Assembly (NCBI GenBank): GCA_964553665.1
Contig: CAZKLF010000002.1
Span: 5,100-69,099, forward strand
Length of the DNA stretch: 64,000 nt
Origin: an uncultured Mariniplasma sp.
GTDB taxonomy: Bacteria > Bacillota_I > Bacilli_A > Acholeplasmatales > Acholeplasmataceae
Direction: 5' to 3'
Shown: in pieces, positions 29,258-40,201 of the stretch
How the letters are laid out: each line of letters begins with the position of its first letter
How positions within the stretch are numbered: the first letter of the stretch is position 1
Position numbers and translations under genes: made by a program
Notes under the pieces: generated by a model
The model's database searches: none
What the model saw: the letters and a program-made list of their open reading frames with translations, nothing else
Told to the model about the DNA's origin: nothing

Positions 29258-30190
29258 ATGTCTAATCATGGTAATCAAATCACAAAGCTAAAAATAAATA
29301 AGTTAGGATTTGGTTCTTGGCAACTCGGGAATACGGATTTTTGGGGATACATGTCAGTTGATGAAGGTATAGAATTGGTGAAAGAAGCAGTTAATGGAGG
29401 CATAAACTTTTTTGATACTGCACCAGGATACGCTGCTGGCTTAAGCGAATCAATAATTGGTACTGCAATCAAGGGACAAAGAAAAAAAGTTTTTATTAGT
29501 ACTAAATTTGGTCACACAGCAGACGGTGAAACGGATTTTTCTGTATTTTCACTTAGAGAACAAATTTATGAAAGTCTAGAAAGATTAGAGACAGATTATT
29601 TAGATAGTATACTTTTACATAATCCTAGTATGATAATACTTGAAGGGAAAACAAAACATTTTCAAGAATTAGAAAAACTTAAAAAAGAGAAAATGATCAG
29701 ATCGTACGGCGTCAGCATTGATACCTATGAAGAGTTTAGAACAGTATTAGATCACGTTAAGGTTGATATTGTAGAAATTTTGTTTAACGTATTCTTTCAA
29801 GAAGCTTCCCAATTGTTTCAAGAAGCACATCAAAAAGGAATTAAAATTATTGTAAAAGTCCCTTTAGATTCGGGGTGGCTATCTGGTAAATATGATGAGT
29901 TTTCAGAATTTGAGGGTATTAGATCTCGTTGGGATGATGAAACAATTCAAAGAAGAGCTGCATTAATTAGAGAAGTTAAGGAGATTACACAAGCTGACGG
30001 CTTGGTTAAATATGCAATAGGGTTTATATCAAGTTATCCGGAAGTTACTGCAGTCATACCCGGTATGAAGAATTTAATGCAACTTAAACAGCATCTTAGT
30101 TACAAAGATTTTGTTATACCAGAAACAATTAAGGAAAAACTGATTGATTTATATCAAAAGAAAATTAAAGATAATCCATTATATTGGTGA
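29258..30190 (+). CDS. Aldo/keto reductase
   Basis: LGFGSWQLG, FFDTAPGY, ISTKFG, SLERLETDYLD, VIPG. Confidence 0.93.
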   Translation: MSNHGNQITKLKINKLGFGSWQLGNTDFWGYMSVDEGIELVKEAVNGGINFFDTAPGYAAGLSESIIGTAIKGQRKKVFISTKFGHTADGETDFSVFSLREQIYESLERLETDYLDSILLHNPSMIILEGKTKHFQELEKLKKEKMIRSYGVSIDTYEEFRTVLDHVKVDIVEILFNVFFQEASQLFQEAHQKGIKIIVKVPLDSGWLSGKYDEFSEFEGIRSRWDDETIQRRAALIREVKEITQADGLVKYAIGFISSYPEVTAVIPGMKNLMQLKQHLSYKDFVIPETIKEKLIDLYQKKIKDNPLYW

Positions 30191-30360
30191 TATAAGTCGT
30201 AATAAAGCCAATTCAAGTGTTGCTTGATGTCAGAAAGTGATATCTCAAGTATCAATTGGTAGGCTTTTCTTTTAATGAATAGAAGAAGATTTCACTAAAA
30301 ATGAAACAAAATTAATATTTCATACTATAATAGTAATATTAGCATCATAGGAGGGTTTTT

Positions 30361-31068
30361 ATGGGAACATTGATTAATGTAGCTGCAATTATAGTTGCAA
30401 GCATTTTAGGTGTCATTTTCAAAAAAGGATTGCCTGAAAAGATTCAAAAAAGTATCATGCTGGTGTTAGGTTTAGGATTAGCAGCTGTATCTTTAGGTTG
30501 GTTTTTACAAGAATTCTTCAATGTTGAAGGAACATCCTTAGGAACTTCAAGAGAATTACTAATTATTGTTTCACTAGTCTTAGGTATGTTGATTGGTGAA
30601 TGGATTGATATTGATAAAAGATTGAATAACTTGGCTCAAAACATTGAGAAAAAGTACAAATTACCTCCATTAGCTAAAGGATTTATTGCAGCTACTTTGA
30701 TATTTTGTGTTGGAGCAATGACAATCATTGGTCCAATAAACGATGCTCTTTTAAATGATCAAACAGTTCTAATCATAAAAAGTGCTCTAGATTTTGTTAC
30801 TGCGCTCATCTTAGCATCCATTTTTGGCATAGGCGTCATTTTCTCAGCTATAAGCGTACTCGTTGTTCAAGGGAGTATCTATTTACTGGCTTCTATTGCT
30901 GGTGATTTCCTACCAAATGATATGAGAAGTGCTATATTAATGGTTGGGTCTATATTACTTATAGCTATTGGTATTAACTTTATGGAACTTAAAAAGATTA
31001 AGGTTGCAAATATGCTTCCAGCTCTCTTTGTTCCAATTGTTTATTATTTAATCATATCTTTATTTTAG
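30361..31068 (+). CDS. DUF554 (YdfK-like) membrane protein
   Basis: MGTLINVAAII, FCVGAMTIIG, KSALD, GVIFSA pattern. Confidence 0.88.
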   Translation: MGTLINVAAIIVASILGVIFKKGLPEKIQKSIMLVLGLGLAAVSLGWFLQEFFNVEGTSLGTSRELLIIVSLVLGMLIGEWIDIDKRLNNLAQNIEKKYKLPPLAKGFIAATLIFCVGAMTIIGPINDALLNDQTVLIIKSALDFVTALILASIFGIGVIFSAISVLVVQGSIYLLASIAGDFLPNDMRSAILMVGSILLIAIGINFMELKKIKVANMLPALFVPIVYYLIISLF

Positions 31069-31088
31069 ATGATAGGAAGAGGAAAATC

Positions 31089-31733
31089 ATGATTAAGTGT
31101 AAAATTTGTGGAAATGATACGATTTCCTATGAACACCCTAAATCTCATATTTTATTTCACGAATGTAAAAATTGCGAATTCATTTTTAAAGATGAAAAAC
31201 ATTACATCTCAGAACTAGATGAGATTCGCAATTATGATTTACATAATAATAGTATTGAAGATGTAGGTTATGTGAATTATTTAACAGACTTCATTGAGTC
31301 CGCTGTTATGCCCTTTATTAAACAAGGGAAGGTATTGGATTATGGTAGTGGACCAAATCCTGTGTTAGCTCAAATACTAAAAACCACTTATAAATTTGAT
31401 GTTGATATCTATGACTTATATTATGCAACTGATAAAGTATACGAAAACAAAACCTACGATTTAATCACTTCAACAGAAGTCGTTGAACATATAGGAACTC
31501 CATTAGAAGCATTCGACCTATTTCAGAAACATTTAAAATCAAATGGCATATTAAGTATCATGACTCTTTTTCACCCTAAAAATAGAGATTTGTTTTTTGA
31601 CTGGCATTATATTAGAGAAGTAACTCATATTTCTTTCTTCACACCTAAAACACTTAGGGTTATTGCTCATCTCAATCATCTCAAGTTAATTGATACAAAC
31701 GATTATCGTTATGCAGTTTTTCTAAAAATATAA
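31089..31733 (+). CDS. Class I SAM-dependent methyltransferase with N-terminal Zn ribbon
   Basis: CKIC...CKNC; VLDYGSGP motif I; EVVEH; HISFFT. Confidence 0.88.
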   Translation: MIKCKICGNDTISYEHPKSHILFHECKNCEFIFKDEKHYISELDEIRNYDLHNNSIEDVGYVNYLTDFIESAVMPFIKQGKVLDYGSGPNPVLAQILKTTYKFDVDIYDLYYATDKVYENKTYDLITSTEVVEHIGTPLEAFDLFQKHLKSNGILSIMTLFHPKNRDLFFDWHYIREVTHISFFTPKTLRVIAHLNHLKLIDTNDYRYAVFLKI

Positions 31734-31944
31734 TCTATATATAGTCTACAGATGTTAGGGAATATGGCTATATAGGGCTTTACTTAGTGATTATTATTGT
31801 TGATTTATGGCATTCGTGGTTATTTCAATAATCCAAATGACCACGGTTAATCCGTATTTTTTAAAGCAAATTGACTTACAAAAAAATGACAAGAGTTTTT
31901 TATTTTCTATCTAAAATCATGTATTATAATAAAGAGGTGCTCAA

Positions 31945-32799
31945 ATGAATAAAGTTGCTGTCGTTACAGGTGCTACATCTGGTATTGGAAAAGCAGTAGT
32001 TGAACTATTGTTAAAAGAAAATATTAATGTGATTGGTCTTGGAAGAAGTATTGAAAAGATAGATAAAGCTAAACATGATTTTGCACATTTGACATCAAAT
32101 GCGAATCTCGACTTTATTTTAGGTGACCTTGCTGATCATAGACAAACCACTTTAGCTTGCATGCACATTGGTGAATTTATTAAACAAAAATATGATGGAA
32201 AAATAGATATATTAATGAATATTGCAGGCATAGTTAGTTCAGGTTACCAGGAGAATGAAGATGGAAACGAAGTTACTTTTGCGATTAATCATTTAGCTGT
32301 GTTTTTAGTAACATACAATATGGTTCCTTATTTAAGGAAAAGTAGTGATTCAAGAGTACTTGTTGTAAGTTCCCTATCTCATTATTGGGCATCTATTAAT
32401 TGGAAGAATATCCAATCAAGAAAGTTATATAATATTTTAAAGGGCTATAAAAGATCGAAACTCTATAACGTCCTTTTTGTCAAAGAATTCTCAAGACGCT
32501 TCAATGATATTAAAATTTATGCGATAGATCCTGGATTAGTGAAAACTGATTTAGGGCTTAAGAGGACAACTGGTTTAGCATTTATGATATGGAATTCAAG
32601 GATGAATAAAGGAAAGAATCCTTTATTTCCAGCAGGATTCATGATTGATGTTGCTACTAAACCTGAGTATTTATCACAATCAGGACTTTATATTAAAAAA
32701 GGTGTTGCTATTGAATCAAGCAAAATATCTTATAGATTAGACTATGCACGCAAATTATGGGCTTATTCAGAAGAAATATCACATGTTAAATTTGAATGA
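31945..32799 (+). CDS. Short-chain dehydrogenase/reductase
   Basis: VVTGATSGIG, NIAG, FAINHL, YKRSK catalytic YxxxK. Confidence 0.92.
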   Translation: MNKVAVVTGATSGIGKAVVELLLKENINVIGLGRSIEKIDKAKHDFAHLTSNANLDFILGDLADHRQTTLACMHIGEFIKQKYDGKIDILMNIAGIVSSGYQENEDGNEVTFAINHLAVFLVTYNMVPYLRKSSDSRVLVVSSLSHYWASINWKNIQSRKLYNILKGYKRSKLYNVLFVKEFSRRFNDIKIYAIDPGLVKTDLGLKRTTGLAFMIWNSRMNKGKNPLFPAGFMIDVATKPEYLSQSGLYIKKGVAIESSKISYRLDYARKLWAYSEEISHVKFE

Positions 32800-32863
32800 A
32801 TTGAATTCTTTTCTTCAATGTTTTGGTATAATATAAGGTGTCGGTATCGAGGTGACATCCTAA

Positions 32864-35182
32864 ATGAAAACGATAGAATTATTAGCACCATCGGGTAACC
32901 TAGATTCACTTATAGGTGCAATAAATGCTGGAGCAAATGCTGTTTATTTAGCTGGGAAAAGATTTGGCGCCAGAGCATTTTCCAATAATTTCGATGATGA
33001 AAATCTAATAGATGCTATACACTACGCACATTTGCGTGGTGTTTTTGTGTACGTTACGATTAATACTTTAATATTTGATGATGAAGTTGATGAACTTATC
33101 AAATTTACAGATATGCTTGTCAAACATCATGTAGATGCTCTAATCATTCAGGATTTTGGAATGATTGATTTGCTTTCTAAAAGATACCCCAAAATAGACA
33201 TTCATGCATCGACACAAATGAACGTTCATAATATCAATCAAGCGAAAATATTAAAAGAATTAGGTGTCAAGCGCATCGTAATGGCAAGAGAAACACCTTT
33301 GACTACAATTAGACAAATTAAGAAGACAATGGATATTGAAGTGGAAGTTTTTGTTCATGGCGCATTATGCGTGAGTTATTCAGGGAATTGTTTAATGAGT
33401 TCGATGCAAGGTGGTAGATCAGGTAATCGAGGACAATGTGCTCAGCCTTGTAGACTACCATATAGATTATTTAAAGATGATCAATCGATTTCTGATCAAA
33501 GTTATTTATTATCAACAAAAGATTTGATGACAATTGAATATATTGATCAACTCATAGAATCTGGTGTAGATTCGCTCAAAATAGAAGGTAGAATGAGAAA
33601 AGCAGAATATGTTGTGCAATCCGTACTTTCTTATCGCAAAGCAATCAATTCTTATCATAAGAAACAAAAAATGAGCTTTCAAGAAGAAGTGAATCGACTA
33701 AAACGTGTCTTCAATAGAGAATACACAAAAGGCTATATAATGAGCGAGGAACCGAATCAAATCAATAATAATTTCAGACCTAATCATCTTGGAGTACCTA
33801 TAGGAACAGTCATAAATTACCAAAACAATAGGGCAACAATTCAATTATCTGATAGCCTTGAAGTCAAAGATGGATTTAGGATTATTGGAGAATCAGATTT
33901 TGGTGATCAAGTCTCAAGAATCATTTCAAGAAATAAGATAGTTAAGCACGCAGATGCTCAAGAAATCATTCAATTAGATGTTCCTGAATTCGTTTCTAAA
34001 GGATCCTTAGTTGTGAAAACTTTAGATTATGAATTAGAAAAAAGTTTATCACTCTTTTTAAATGATACATATAAAGCGGTTGGGCTTTCATGTGAAGTGT
34101 ATGCATTCATCAATCAACCAATAAAATTAATCATTTCAGATGATACACATCAAGTAACTCTGCATTCTGAGGGCATTATTGAACGCGCGATGCATACACC
34201 GGTAATTGAAAACAAAATTATTGAGCAAATATCCAAATTGGGACAAACACCGTTTTATTTTAATCCGCTTAAGGTTAAAACTGATAATGAGTGTTTCATA
34301 CCGCTTAGATTGCTTAATGAGTTAAGAAGACAAGCTATCGAAGAAATATCTCTTTTAAGAATAAAAAGAGAAGAGCCAGTGATTATAAAGGATACTGATT
34401 TAGGCCAATCAAGTTTTAAACAGAACTCATTTCAACTTATTGCTAATGTTACAAATGAAGAACAATTGAGCGCTGTAAAGGAAAAGAAGATTAAAACAAT
34501 CTATTATAATGATAATTTAATAATCAAAAATGATTTTAACTTTGATTTGATACCCGTATTAAAAAGAATAGAGTTTCATCCTAAATTAATTACAAATAAA
34601 ACAAGTGTAATTGACGAAATCGGAAGTCTTTTTGGACATAAAAATGAAATGATAAGCAACACTTTTTTAAATGTGACAAACATTTATACTGCGCATTTAT
34701 TATCGAAATATCATGTTTCTCGGATTACTTTATCACCCGAACTATCAAGAGAGCGACTTATAGCCTTTGCAGATAATTATAAGAAAAGATTTTTACAGTA
34801 TCCAAATTTGGAACTCGTAGTCTATGGACGAATAGACCTAATGATTTCAAAATATTGTCCAATAGCAAAAACATATAAAACAAGAGTGAATTGTCATCTT
34901 TGTGAGATGAATCAGTATTATCTTCAAAATCGGTTAGGTTCGAAATTTCCACTTGTTAATGATGGGAACTGCAATATTCGGGTTTTAAATTCTAAACCGC
35001 TCAATTTAATCGAATACATAGATGAACTGCGTTTGGCAAATATTAACACGATTAGATTAGATTTCACAACAGAAAAATACCATGATGTAACACATTTGAT
35101 CAAAACTTATCAGCAAGTCTTGAATGGTGGTAAAATGTTACTGAATTCAGAAGAATTCACAAAAGGTAGATACTTAAGATAG
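32864..35182 (+). CDS. U32 family protein with DUF3656-like region (RlhA-like rRNA hydroxylation protein)
   Basis: ELLAPSG, GANAVY, HASTQ, EVFVHGALCVSYSGNC, RGQCAQPCR, KIEGRM; 772 aa. Confidence 0.88.
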   Translation: MKTIELLAPSGNLDSLIGAINAGANAVYLAGKRFGARAFSNNFDDENLIDAIHYAHLRGVFVYVTINTLIFDDEVDELIKFTDMLVKHHVDALIIQDFGMIDLLSKRYPKIDIHASTQMNVHNINQAKILKELGVKRIVMARETPLTTIRQIKKTMDIEVEVFVHGALCVSYSGNCLMSSMQGGRSGNRGQCAQPCRLPYRLFKDDQSISDQSYLLSTKDLMTIEYIDQLIESGVDSLKIEGRMRKAEYVVQSVLSYRKAINSYHKKQKMSFQEEVNRLKRVFNREYTKGYIMSEEPNQINNNFRPNHLGVPIGTVINYQNNRATIQLSDSLEVKDGFRIIGESDFGDQVSRIISRNKIVKHADAQEIIQLDVPEFVSKGSLVVKTLDYELEKSLSLFLNDTYKAVGLSCEVYAFINQPIKLIISDDTHQVTLHSEGIIERAMHTPVIENKIIEQISKLGQTPFYFNPLKVKTDNECFIPLRLLNELRRQAIEEISLLRIKREEPVIIKDTDLGQSSFKQNSFQLIANVTNEEQLSAVKEKKIKTIYYNDNLIIKNDFNFDLIPVLKRIEFHPKLITNKTSVIDEIGSLFGHKNEMISNTFLNVTNIYTAHLLSKYHVSRITLSPELSRERLIAFADNYKKRFLQYPNLELVVYGRIDLMISKYCPIAKTYKTRVNCHLCEMNQYYLQNRLGSKFPLVNDGNCNIRVLNSKPLNLIEYIDELRLANINTIRLDFTTEKYHDVTHLIKTYQQVLNGGKMLLNSEEFTKGRYLR

Positions 35183-35192
35183 GATGATATTA

Positions 35193-36386
35193 ATGAATGA
35201 AGAGAAAAAAATAACGATAGGATTATTCATCGATGTCTTTTATCCAATGGTGGATGGGGTAGTCGTAGTTGTAGATAATTATGCTAGACAATTATCTCAA
35301 AAAGCTAATGTGATTGTATTTGCACCTGGTGCAAGAGATCGCAAGTATAAAGGTGAATTTCCATATCAAGTGATTCGCAGCAGATATATTAAGGTACCTT
35401 TTACGGATTACGATATGTCTATACCGTTTTTCGATTTTAGATTTCGAAGAAGATTAAAAAAAACAAATCTTGATATTGTTCACATACATTCCCCTTTTCT
35501 CATAGGTAAAGCGGGTATTGCATATGCAAAAAAACATAATGTGCCCGTGATTGCTACATTGCATAGTCAATTTAAGAAAGATTTTTATGAAAGAACTAAA
35601 AGTCAAATTTTAACCAATATCGCAATTAAAGAGATTATGAGAACATTTAATCAATGTGATGAATGCTACGCAGTTAACCATAAGGTTGCAGAAATATTCC
35701 ATGAATATGGACTTTCTCGGGAACCAAAGGTTCAATTGAATGCAACCGACTTAATGCCATTTGAAGACTTGAAAGAGATCGATAAGCTCAAGAAAAAATA
35801 TGAGATTAAAGCTGACGAAAAAGTATTTTTATATGTGGGTAGATTAGATGTTTTGAAGAATCTCAAATTTACAATTCAAGCATTATATCGATTAAGATTG
35901 AAACATTATAAGTTTAAAATGATTTTTGTAGGTTCTGGTCCATATGAGCAAGAAATGAAACAACAAATTAAAAAGTCTGGATTAACTGACTTTGTTCATT
36001 TCACAGGGAAAATTAATGATCGAAAGGTGCTGGCTTGTCATTATAGACTTGCTCAACTATTTCTTTTCCCATCACTTTATGACTCGAGTTCTTTGGTTCA
36101 GATTGAAGCTGCAAGTCAAAAAACACCAACATTATTTTTAAGAGATGCTGCTACGGCAGATACGATAACTGAAAATGTGAATGGCTACTTATCGGAAGCC
36201 GATTCAAATCTATATGCTCAAAAAATCATTGAGATTATGGATAATACAAAATTATACAATAAGGTTGCTAAGCAAGCATATAAAGATCTATATGTAACTT
36301 GGAAGGATACAACCAAACAAGTTTACGCGAATTATCTAAAATTGATTATTTCAAGATTAAAAGAAGAACAAAATAATAAAGAATAA
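35193..36386 (+). CDS. GT4 glycosyltransferase (monoglucosyldiacylglycerol synthase-like)
   Basis: IGLFIDVFYP..DGV, DIVHIHSPF, LYVGRL..KN, FLFPSLYD; alternative start 35184. Confidence 0.88.
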   Translation: MNEEKKITIGLFIDVFYPMVDGVVVVVDNYARQLSQKANVIVFAPGARDRKYKGEFPYQVIRSRYIKVPFTDYDMSIPFFDFRFRRRLKKTNLDIVHIHSPFLIGKAGIAYAKKHNVPVIATLHSQFKKDFYERTKSQILTNIAIKEIMRTFNQCDECYAVNHKVAEIFHEYGLSREPKVQLNATDLMPFEDLKEIDKLKKKYEIKADEKVFLYVGRLDVLKNLKFTIQALYRLRLKHYKFKMIFVGSGPYEQEMKQQIKKSGLTDFVHFTGKINDRKVLACHYRLAQLFLFPSLYDSSSLVQIEAASQKTPTLFLRDAATADTITENVNGYLSEADSNLYAQKIIEIMDNTKLYNKVAKQAYKDLYVTWKDTTKQVYANYLKLIISRLKEEQNNKE

Positions 36387-36387
36387 G

Positions 36388-36411
36388 AAGCGCACCTTGC
36401 GCTTTTTTTTT
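36388..36411 (+). terminator. Intrinsic terminator
   Basis: AAGCGCA-cct-TGCGCTT plus T run. Confidence 0.8.
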
Positions 36412-36489
36412 GTGTGTGTTGATAACTTTAATTAATGATGTATAATAATATTACACTAAAAAACGATTGTAAGAATTATGGAGGTTCGA

Positions 36490-37008
36490 ATGATGGGAAA
36501 ATATAAAGAAGAAAACAGAATGAATGATACCAAACGGTTTGACGTTGTTGTAGAAAGATTATCATTAAGAGGAGCGGAGCTTAAGGATATTGCTCAAATA
36601 ACACTTGACTTGCAAATTAAATATTTACCAAATCTAACATTTGAGTTATGTTATGAACATGTCGAAAAGGTTGTGATGAAAAGAGAAGTTCAAAATGCCA
36701 TTTTAACTGGATTAGAACTTGATGAATTAGCGGAAAAAGGGTTGTTGTCTGAACCACTTGCATCAATGCTTCTATCTGATTATGGATTATATGGGATTGA
36801 TGAAGTTCTTGCATTAGCAATAGTAAATGTTTATGGATCAATTGGATTTACTAATTTTGGTTATGTTGATAAAACGAAGCCTGGAATTATTGGAATTTTA
36901 GATGCTGAAGGAAAAAAAGAAAATAAGTGTAATACGTTTTTAGATGATATTGTAGGAGCAATAGCTGCGGCAGCAGCAAGTTCAATTGCACATCGATTTA
37001 CTGAATAG
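36490..37008 (+). CDS. pgpA: Phosphatidylglycerophosphatase A family (YutG/YpjQ-like)
   Basis: KREVQNAILTG, YGIDEVLAL, GFTNFGYVDKTKPG, FLDDIVGAIAA. Confidence 0.85.
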   Translation: MMGKYKEENRMNDTKRFDVVVERLSLRGAELKDIAQITLDLQIKYLPNLTFELCYEHVEKVVMKREVQNAILTGLELDELAEKGLLSEPLASMLLSDYGLYGIDEVLALAIVNVYGSIGFTNFGYVDKTKPGIIGILDAEGKKENKCNTFLDDIVGAIAAAAASSIAHRFTE

Positions 37009-37031
37009 AAATGAGGGCAACCTCATTTTTT
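37009..37031 (+). terminator. Intrinsic terminator
   Basis: AAATGAGG-gcaa-CCTCATTT plus T run. Confidence 0.75.
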
Positions 37032-37264
37032 ATTTATTAATTAGCCACATCATTATTAGAATTTTTAAGGCAATTGAGAAAAAATATGATTTTATTGAAA
37101 ACCCAATATTAGTACATAAGTGTTTTTTTGTTTTAACTGCGTTCTAATTACGAACTTATACTCATTAAAATCTTTAATAATTTTGAAAATTTATGTAAAC
37201 TTAATATAGTGTAATCATATTATAAGTTATAATAGATATATAAACTGTTTGAAAGGATCCTTAC

Positions 37265-39679
37265 ATGTCCAAAATAAGTGAACAAATACACGTTAATCAG
37301 ACACCATTAAAATCTGTAGAAGATTTACTTTTGGATGTTGTCATGCGCTTTTCTAATATGACTTTAGAAAACTTTGATCATAAAATTCAAAGTATTTTTG
37401 AACTTGTTGGAAAGTATTTTGATATAAGCTGGGTTTGTTTGTATCAATATCATTCGGATACTCAAACAATAGATAATACAAATGAATGGCTTAATATCAA
37501 TGTCACATCTAAAATAGCTAACATACAAAATACTCGGGTAACTGCCTTAAGTGATAATTTTTCGGATAAACATACAAAGGGTGAAGCTGTAATCTTGGAT
37601 GATGTTAAGAAGATGGGAAAAGATAATGCTCTTTCACATGCTTTGATTTCTCAAGGTATTTCATCTCTTGCAAGCGAGTCTATCATTCGTGATGGAAAAT
37701 TATATGGATATGTAAGCTTTGAGCAGAATAAAACACATGTGTGGAATGATTCTGAAAAGTTAGTTTTAAAAATTATTGCTCAACTCATCAGCACAGGGCA
37801 AATTCAATTGGAGTCTCAATTTAGCACAAATGAATTAGAAAGAAAAATTACTTTAAATAATAAATTACAAGGCGAATTTTTATATAAGATGAGCCATGAT
37901 ATAAGAACACCTCTAGGTGGTATTTATAATGCGATATATCTTTTGAATTCGACGAATCTTAGTATTGAACAAAAAGATTTTTTAGAAATTGGTCAAGCTT
38001 CTGCAGACGTCATGTCAAGTATTATTGATGGTGTGCTTGATATTTCAAAGATTGAAACTGGTAGTATGGAATTGTTCCATGATTTATTTAATCTTGAAGA
38101 AGAACTTATCCGTGTTTATAGAGTAGAAAAAGGATTTGCTGCTGAAAAAGGTTTAGACTTTATATTTGATTATGATTATGGAATCAAACATGATTTGATT
38201 GGAGACTATCATAAACTAAGACAAATCATGCTGAATATCTTGAGTAATGCGATTAAATATACAGAACATGGATTTATCAATATTTCAACAAAACATATCC
38301 AATTAGATGGAAAAATAATGGTTGAGATTAGTGTTTCAGATAGTGGGGTAGGTATAAAAAATGACGAACTCCTCACCTTAAAGGAAGTATTTATTACATC
38401 TGATCATTCAGACTTTGATAAATTTAGGAATATTGGTTTTGGGTTATCAGTCAGTTATGAACTTATTAAGTTAATGGGTGGACATCTTGAAATTGAGAGT
38501 GAACCTGAAAAAGGTAGTACTTTTAAAATAGTTCTACCATTTGATATCGGATCATCAATTGAATACCCTTTTTCAAAACAATATAAAGCGTTACTTGTTT
38601 CTGACGAATTACCATATAACTCAATAAAATTATTAGATTCAATGGGAATCAAAGGTTACAGTCTCCAAACAATAAAGGATCAAAAATGCAATTTAATATT
38701 TCTTGATAAAGAAATAAATGATGAGAACTCAATTGCTAAACTAAAAGAAAAATATGGAAGCAATCATGCCTACATTATTTCTATATACCCATATGATCAA
38801 AAGAAACTTAATTCAATCAATCTATTTATGGAGTATCCAGTCTCTAGAAGAACACTTCATCAAAGATTGACAAGCATTACGAATATTTATGTTGAAGAAA
38901 TGTCAGATGATTTTTCAAATCAAGCTGTTCTTAATGGGAATGCATTGATTGTTGACGATAATAGATTAAATCGAATTGCATTGGAAAGCATCTTAACTAA
39001 AGAAGGTATGACTTCAAAATCAGTGAGTAGTGGATTAAAGGCGATTGAAGCTGTTAAAAACGAATCTTTTGATATTGTTTTAATGGATGTTCAAATGCCA
39101 GATATGGATGGTATGGAAACAACAAGAAGAATAAGAAGCCTTGGAAAAAATTATGAATCATTACCAATCATAGCAGTAACAGCTAATTCATTTTTAAGTG
39201 ATTATGATTTTATGAAGTCGTCATTGATGAATGATATCATTTTAAAACCTATACGTGTAAAAAATTTAAACCGTATTTTAAGAAAATATATTAAGGCAAC
39301 AGCGACGATACAAATTCCTAACGAACTATTCGTATTCGATCAAAAAGATTTTGAAATAAGATTCGAAGGCAGTTTGGATATAGCTGATGAAGTTATTGAG
39401 TCCTTCTTAATTGAATACCACAAAGATCTTGAAAAAATCAAAATAGCTGTTAGTGAAAGTGATTCAAAGAAGATTATTGAAGCAACACATTATTTTAAGG
39501 GCTCATGCTCTTATCTAAGCGGTAAAAGAACTGTTTGGTTATTAAGCTATATGATTAATGCGGCTAAAAAACATTCTTTAGACATGATGCAGATGTGTTA
39601 TGAACTGCTAGAAAAAGAAATAGTGCTGTTACTGATTGAAATAGATAAATATAGAAAATTGAACAATCTTGTAAACTAG
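37265..39679 (+). CDS. Soluble hybrid sensor kinase GAF-HisKA-HATPase-REC-HPt
   Basis: GAF-like N-terminus; MSHDIRTPL H-box; SNAIKYT; DSGVGI; IVDDN...LMDVQMPDMDG...ILKP receiver; HYFKGSC HPt. Confidence 0.9.
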   Translation: MSKISEQIHVNQTPLKSVEDLLLDVVMRFSNMTLENFDHKIQSIFELVGKYFDISWVCLYQYHSDTQTIDNTNEWLNINVTSKIANIQNTRVTALSDNFSDKHTKGEAVILDDVKKMGKDNALSHALISQGISSLASESIIRDGKLYGYVSFEQNKTHVWNDSEKLVLKIIAQLISTGQIQLESQFSTNELERKITLNNKLQGEFLYKMSHDIRTPLGGIYNAIYLLNSTNLSIEQKDFLEIGQASADVMSSIIDGVLDISKIETGSMELFHDLFNLEEELIRVYRVEKGFAAEKGLDFIFDYDYGIKHDLIGDYHKLRQIMLNILSNAIKYTEHGFINISTKHIQLDGKIMVEISVSDSGVGIKNDELLTLKEVFITSDHSDFDKFRNIGFGLSVSYELIKLMGGHLEIESEPEKGSTFKIVLPFDIGSSIEYPFSKQYKALLVSDELPYNSIKLLDSMGIKGYSLQTIKDQKCNLIFLDKEINDENSIAKLKEKYGSNHAYIISIYPYDQKKLNSINLFMEYPVSRRTLHQRLTSITNIYVEEMSDDFSNQAVLNGNALIVDDNRLNRIALESILTKEGMTSKSVSSGLKAIEAVKNESFDIVLMDVQMPDMDGMETTRRIRSLGKNYESLPIIAVTANSFLSDYDFMKSSLMNDIILKPIRVKNLNRILRKYIKATATIQIPNELFVFDQKDFEIRFEGSLDIADEVIESFLIEYHKDLEKIKIAVSESDSKKIIEATHYFKGSCSYLSGKRTVWLLSYMINAAKKHSLDMMQMCYELLEKEIVLLLIEIDKYRKLNNLVN

Positions 39680-39764
39680 TAAAATAATAATTAACAAGTA
39701 ATACTCTCAAGTGTTACTTGTTTTTTTATATATAAAATATGATAAACTAGCAGTGGGTGATTTT

Positions 39765-40193
39765 ATGATAAAAAAAGAAGATTTGAAAAAGAAATTAACA
39801 CCAATTCAATTTCATGTAACACAAGAAAATGGTACTGAAAGAGCTTTTGAGAATTCATATTGGGATTCACATGAACAAGGCCTTTATGTTGATATTGTTT
39901 CAGGAGAACCCCTATTCACATCATTAGATAAGTTTGATAGTAGTTGTGGATGGCCAAGTTTCGCTAAGCCAGTTGAAAAACTGACGAATAAATATGATGA
40001 AGCTTTTGGGATGCATCGAACTGAAGTTAGAAGCAAACAAGCGGATAGTCACTTGGGACACCTGTTTACAGATGGTCCATTAGAACTTGGTGGATTGAGA
40101 TATTGTATTAATTCTGCAGCATTAAAGTTCATTCCTGTTGACCGATTGGAAAAAGAAGGTTATTCAAAGTATTTATCTTTATTTAAGAAATAG
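39765..40193 (+). CDS. msrB: Peptide-methionine (R)-S-oxide reductase
   Basis: [35 protein letters not shown]; start 39765. Confidence 0.95.
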   Translation: MIKKEDLKKKLTPIQFHVTQENGTERAFENSYWDSHEQGLYVDIVSGEPLFTSLDKFDSSCGWPSFAKPVEKLTNKYDEAFGMHRTEVRSKQADSHLGHLFTDGPLELGGLRYCINSAALKFIPVDRLEKEGYSKYLSLFKK

Positions 40194-40201
40194 GAGATTT
40201 A

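Noticed and set aside
31745-31912. Possible frameshifted membrane-protein fragment (EYGYIGLYLVIII / MAFVVISIIQ...) and hairpin CGTGGTTATTT/AAATGACCACG
   Set aside because: No start/RBS or recognisable family; the hairpin may be just a terminator
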